In this document: positions 18,351 through 20,000 of the stretch, in pieces
Position numbering within the stretch: position 1 is the stretch's first letter
Layout of the letters: each line of letters begins with the position of its first letter
Assembly (NCBI GenBank): GCA_038087875.1
Contig: JAXLNO010000220.1
Span: 51,569 to 71,568 of the forward strand
Reading direction: 5' to 3'
Source: Malacoraja senta
Taxonomy: Eukaryota
DNA length: 20,000 nucleotides
Position numbers and translations under genes: made by a program
Notes under the pieces: model-generated
Databases searched by the model: none
What the model was told of the DNA's origin: nothing
The model's input: the letters and a program-made list of their open reading frames with translations, nothing else

Positions 18351-19704
18351 GACATAGAGTCATACAGAGTGGAAACAGGCCCTTCGTCCCAACTTGCCCA
18401 GACTGGCCAACATGCCCCGTCTACACTAGTCCCACCTGCCTGCGTTTGGCTCATGTCCTTCTAAACCTGTCCTATCCATGTACCTGTCTAATTGCTTATT
18501 AAACGTCGCAATAGTCCCTGCCTCGACTACCTCCTCCATACACCCATCACTCTTTGGTTGAAAAGGTTACACCCTCAGATTCCAATTAAATTGTTCCCCC
18601 CTCACCTTAAACCTATGTACTCTGGTTCTCAATTCCCCAACACTGGGGCAAGACACTCTGTGCGTTTACCCAATCTATTCCTCTCATAGATACATAGATA
18701 CATAGAAAATAGGTGCAGGAGTAGGCCATTCGGCCCTTCGAGCCTGCACCGCCATTCAATATGATCATGGCTGATCATCCAACTCAGTATCCCGTACCTG
18801 CCTTCTCTCCATATCCCCTGATCCCCTTAGCCACAAGGGCCACATCTAACTCCCTCTTAAATATAGCCAATGAACTGGCCTCAACTACCCTCTGTGGCAG
18901 AGAGTTCCAGAGATTCACCACTCTCTGTGTGAAAAAGTTTTTTCCTCATCTCGGTCTTAAAGGATTTCCCCCTTATCCTTAAGCTGTGACCCCTTGTCCT
19001 GGACTTCCCCAACATCGGGAACAATCTTCCTGCATCTAGCCTGTCCAACCCCATAAGAATTTTGTACGTTTCTATAAGATCCCCCTCTCAATCTCCTAAA
19101 TTCTAGCGAGTATAAGCCAAGTCTATCCAGTCTTTCTTCATATGAAAGTCCTGACATCCCAGGAATCAGTCTGGTGAAACCTTCTCTGCACTCCCTCTAT
19201 GGCTATAATGTCCTTCCTCAGATTTGGAGACCAAAACTGTACGCAATACTCCAGGTGTGGTCTCACCAAGACCCTGTACAACTGCAGTAGAACCTCCCTG
19301 CTCCTATACTCAAATCCTCTTGCTATGAAGGCCAACATACCATTCGCTTTCTTCACTGCCTGCTGCACCTGCATGCCTACTTTCAATGACTGGTGTACCA
19401 TGACACCCAGGCCTCGCTGCATCTCCCCATTTCCTAATCGTCCACCATTTAGATAATAGTCTGCCTTCCCGTTTTTGCCACCAAAGTGGATAACCTCACA
19501 TTTATCCACATTATACTGCATCTGCCAAACATTTGCCCACTCACCCAGCCTATCCAAGTCACCTTGCAGTCTCCTAGCATCCTCCTCACAGCTAACACTG
19601 TGATTTTATACACCTCTACAAGATCACCCCTCATCCTCCGGCGCTCCAAGGAATAGAGTCCCAGCCTGGTCTCGGTCTGCCTCTCCCTAGAGCTCAGACC
19701 CTCG
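18351..19704 (-). mobile_element. Older CR1 3' fragment (18351-18686 and 19601-19704) split by a young CR1
   Basis: ..ctattcctctca | tgattttatacacctcta..agatcacccctcatcctcc rejoins cleanly (ERRRMRGDLVEVYKI on the minus strand). Confidence 0.88.
18687..19600 (-). mobile_element. Young CR1 3' fragment, same subfamily as 9581-13406
   Basis: Near-identical to 9583-10495 with the same (TATCTATG)n tail and three +1 homopolymer indels. Confidence 0.97.
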
Positions 19705-19850
19705 TTAATATAAAGCTTGAATTACATTTGTCATCCCCTGCATTCAGGGTGCACACTCCTGCTTCTGCCGCACCCACCAATCTATTAAAGTATCACTGAG
19801 TCAGTGATCACCACACCCTCCCTCTTCATAAAGTATACACAGATGAGAAA

Positions 19851-19955
19851 AAGATAAGGACAAAGTGGTGCAGTAACTCAGTGAGTCGGGCTGCCTCTTT
19901 GTAGAACATGGAGAGGTGACATTTTGGGTTGCGACCCTCCTTCAGACTGATTGTA
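19851..19955 (-). mobile_element. Degenerate Penelope pseudo-LTR fragment
   Basis: gtaactcag..ggtgacattttgggtt..gaccctccttcagactga is collinear with 651-744. Confidence 0.7.
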
Positions 19956-20000
19956 GTGATTGATATATTATTTTGCAGGCTTTGACCTGCTCCCAACTAT

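Overview
Eukaryotic, repeat-dense intronic or intergenic DNA. The repeat families (CR1 LINEs with an esterase ORF1, HE1/V-SINE-like tRNA SINEs, Penelope-like elements) point to a cartilaginous fish, most likely a skate or ray; this is an inference. No host gene could be supported. Main contents: (1) a young 5'-truncated CR1 (9581-13406, minus) with an intact ORF2 and the SGNH-esterase part of ORF1, joined by a U_UUA_AAC slippery heptamer placed immediately before the ORF1 stop with ORF2 in the -1 frame; (2) a candidate ~8-kb composite DNA transposon (5724-13702) with 13-bp TIRs and an exact 7-bp TSD, enclosing that CR1 and three unpaired transposon ends; (3) a Penelope GIY-YIG fragment and several Penelope-derived hairpin elements with hammerhead-ribozyme cores and 13-18 bp TSDs; (4) a fossil Ty3/Gypsy gag split by a Harbinger-type MITE and a CR1; (5) many CR1 and SINE fragments, nested insertions and a (GT)98 microsatellite. 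Family assignments come from motif recognition by eye, not from database searches.
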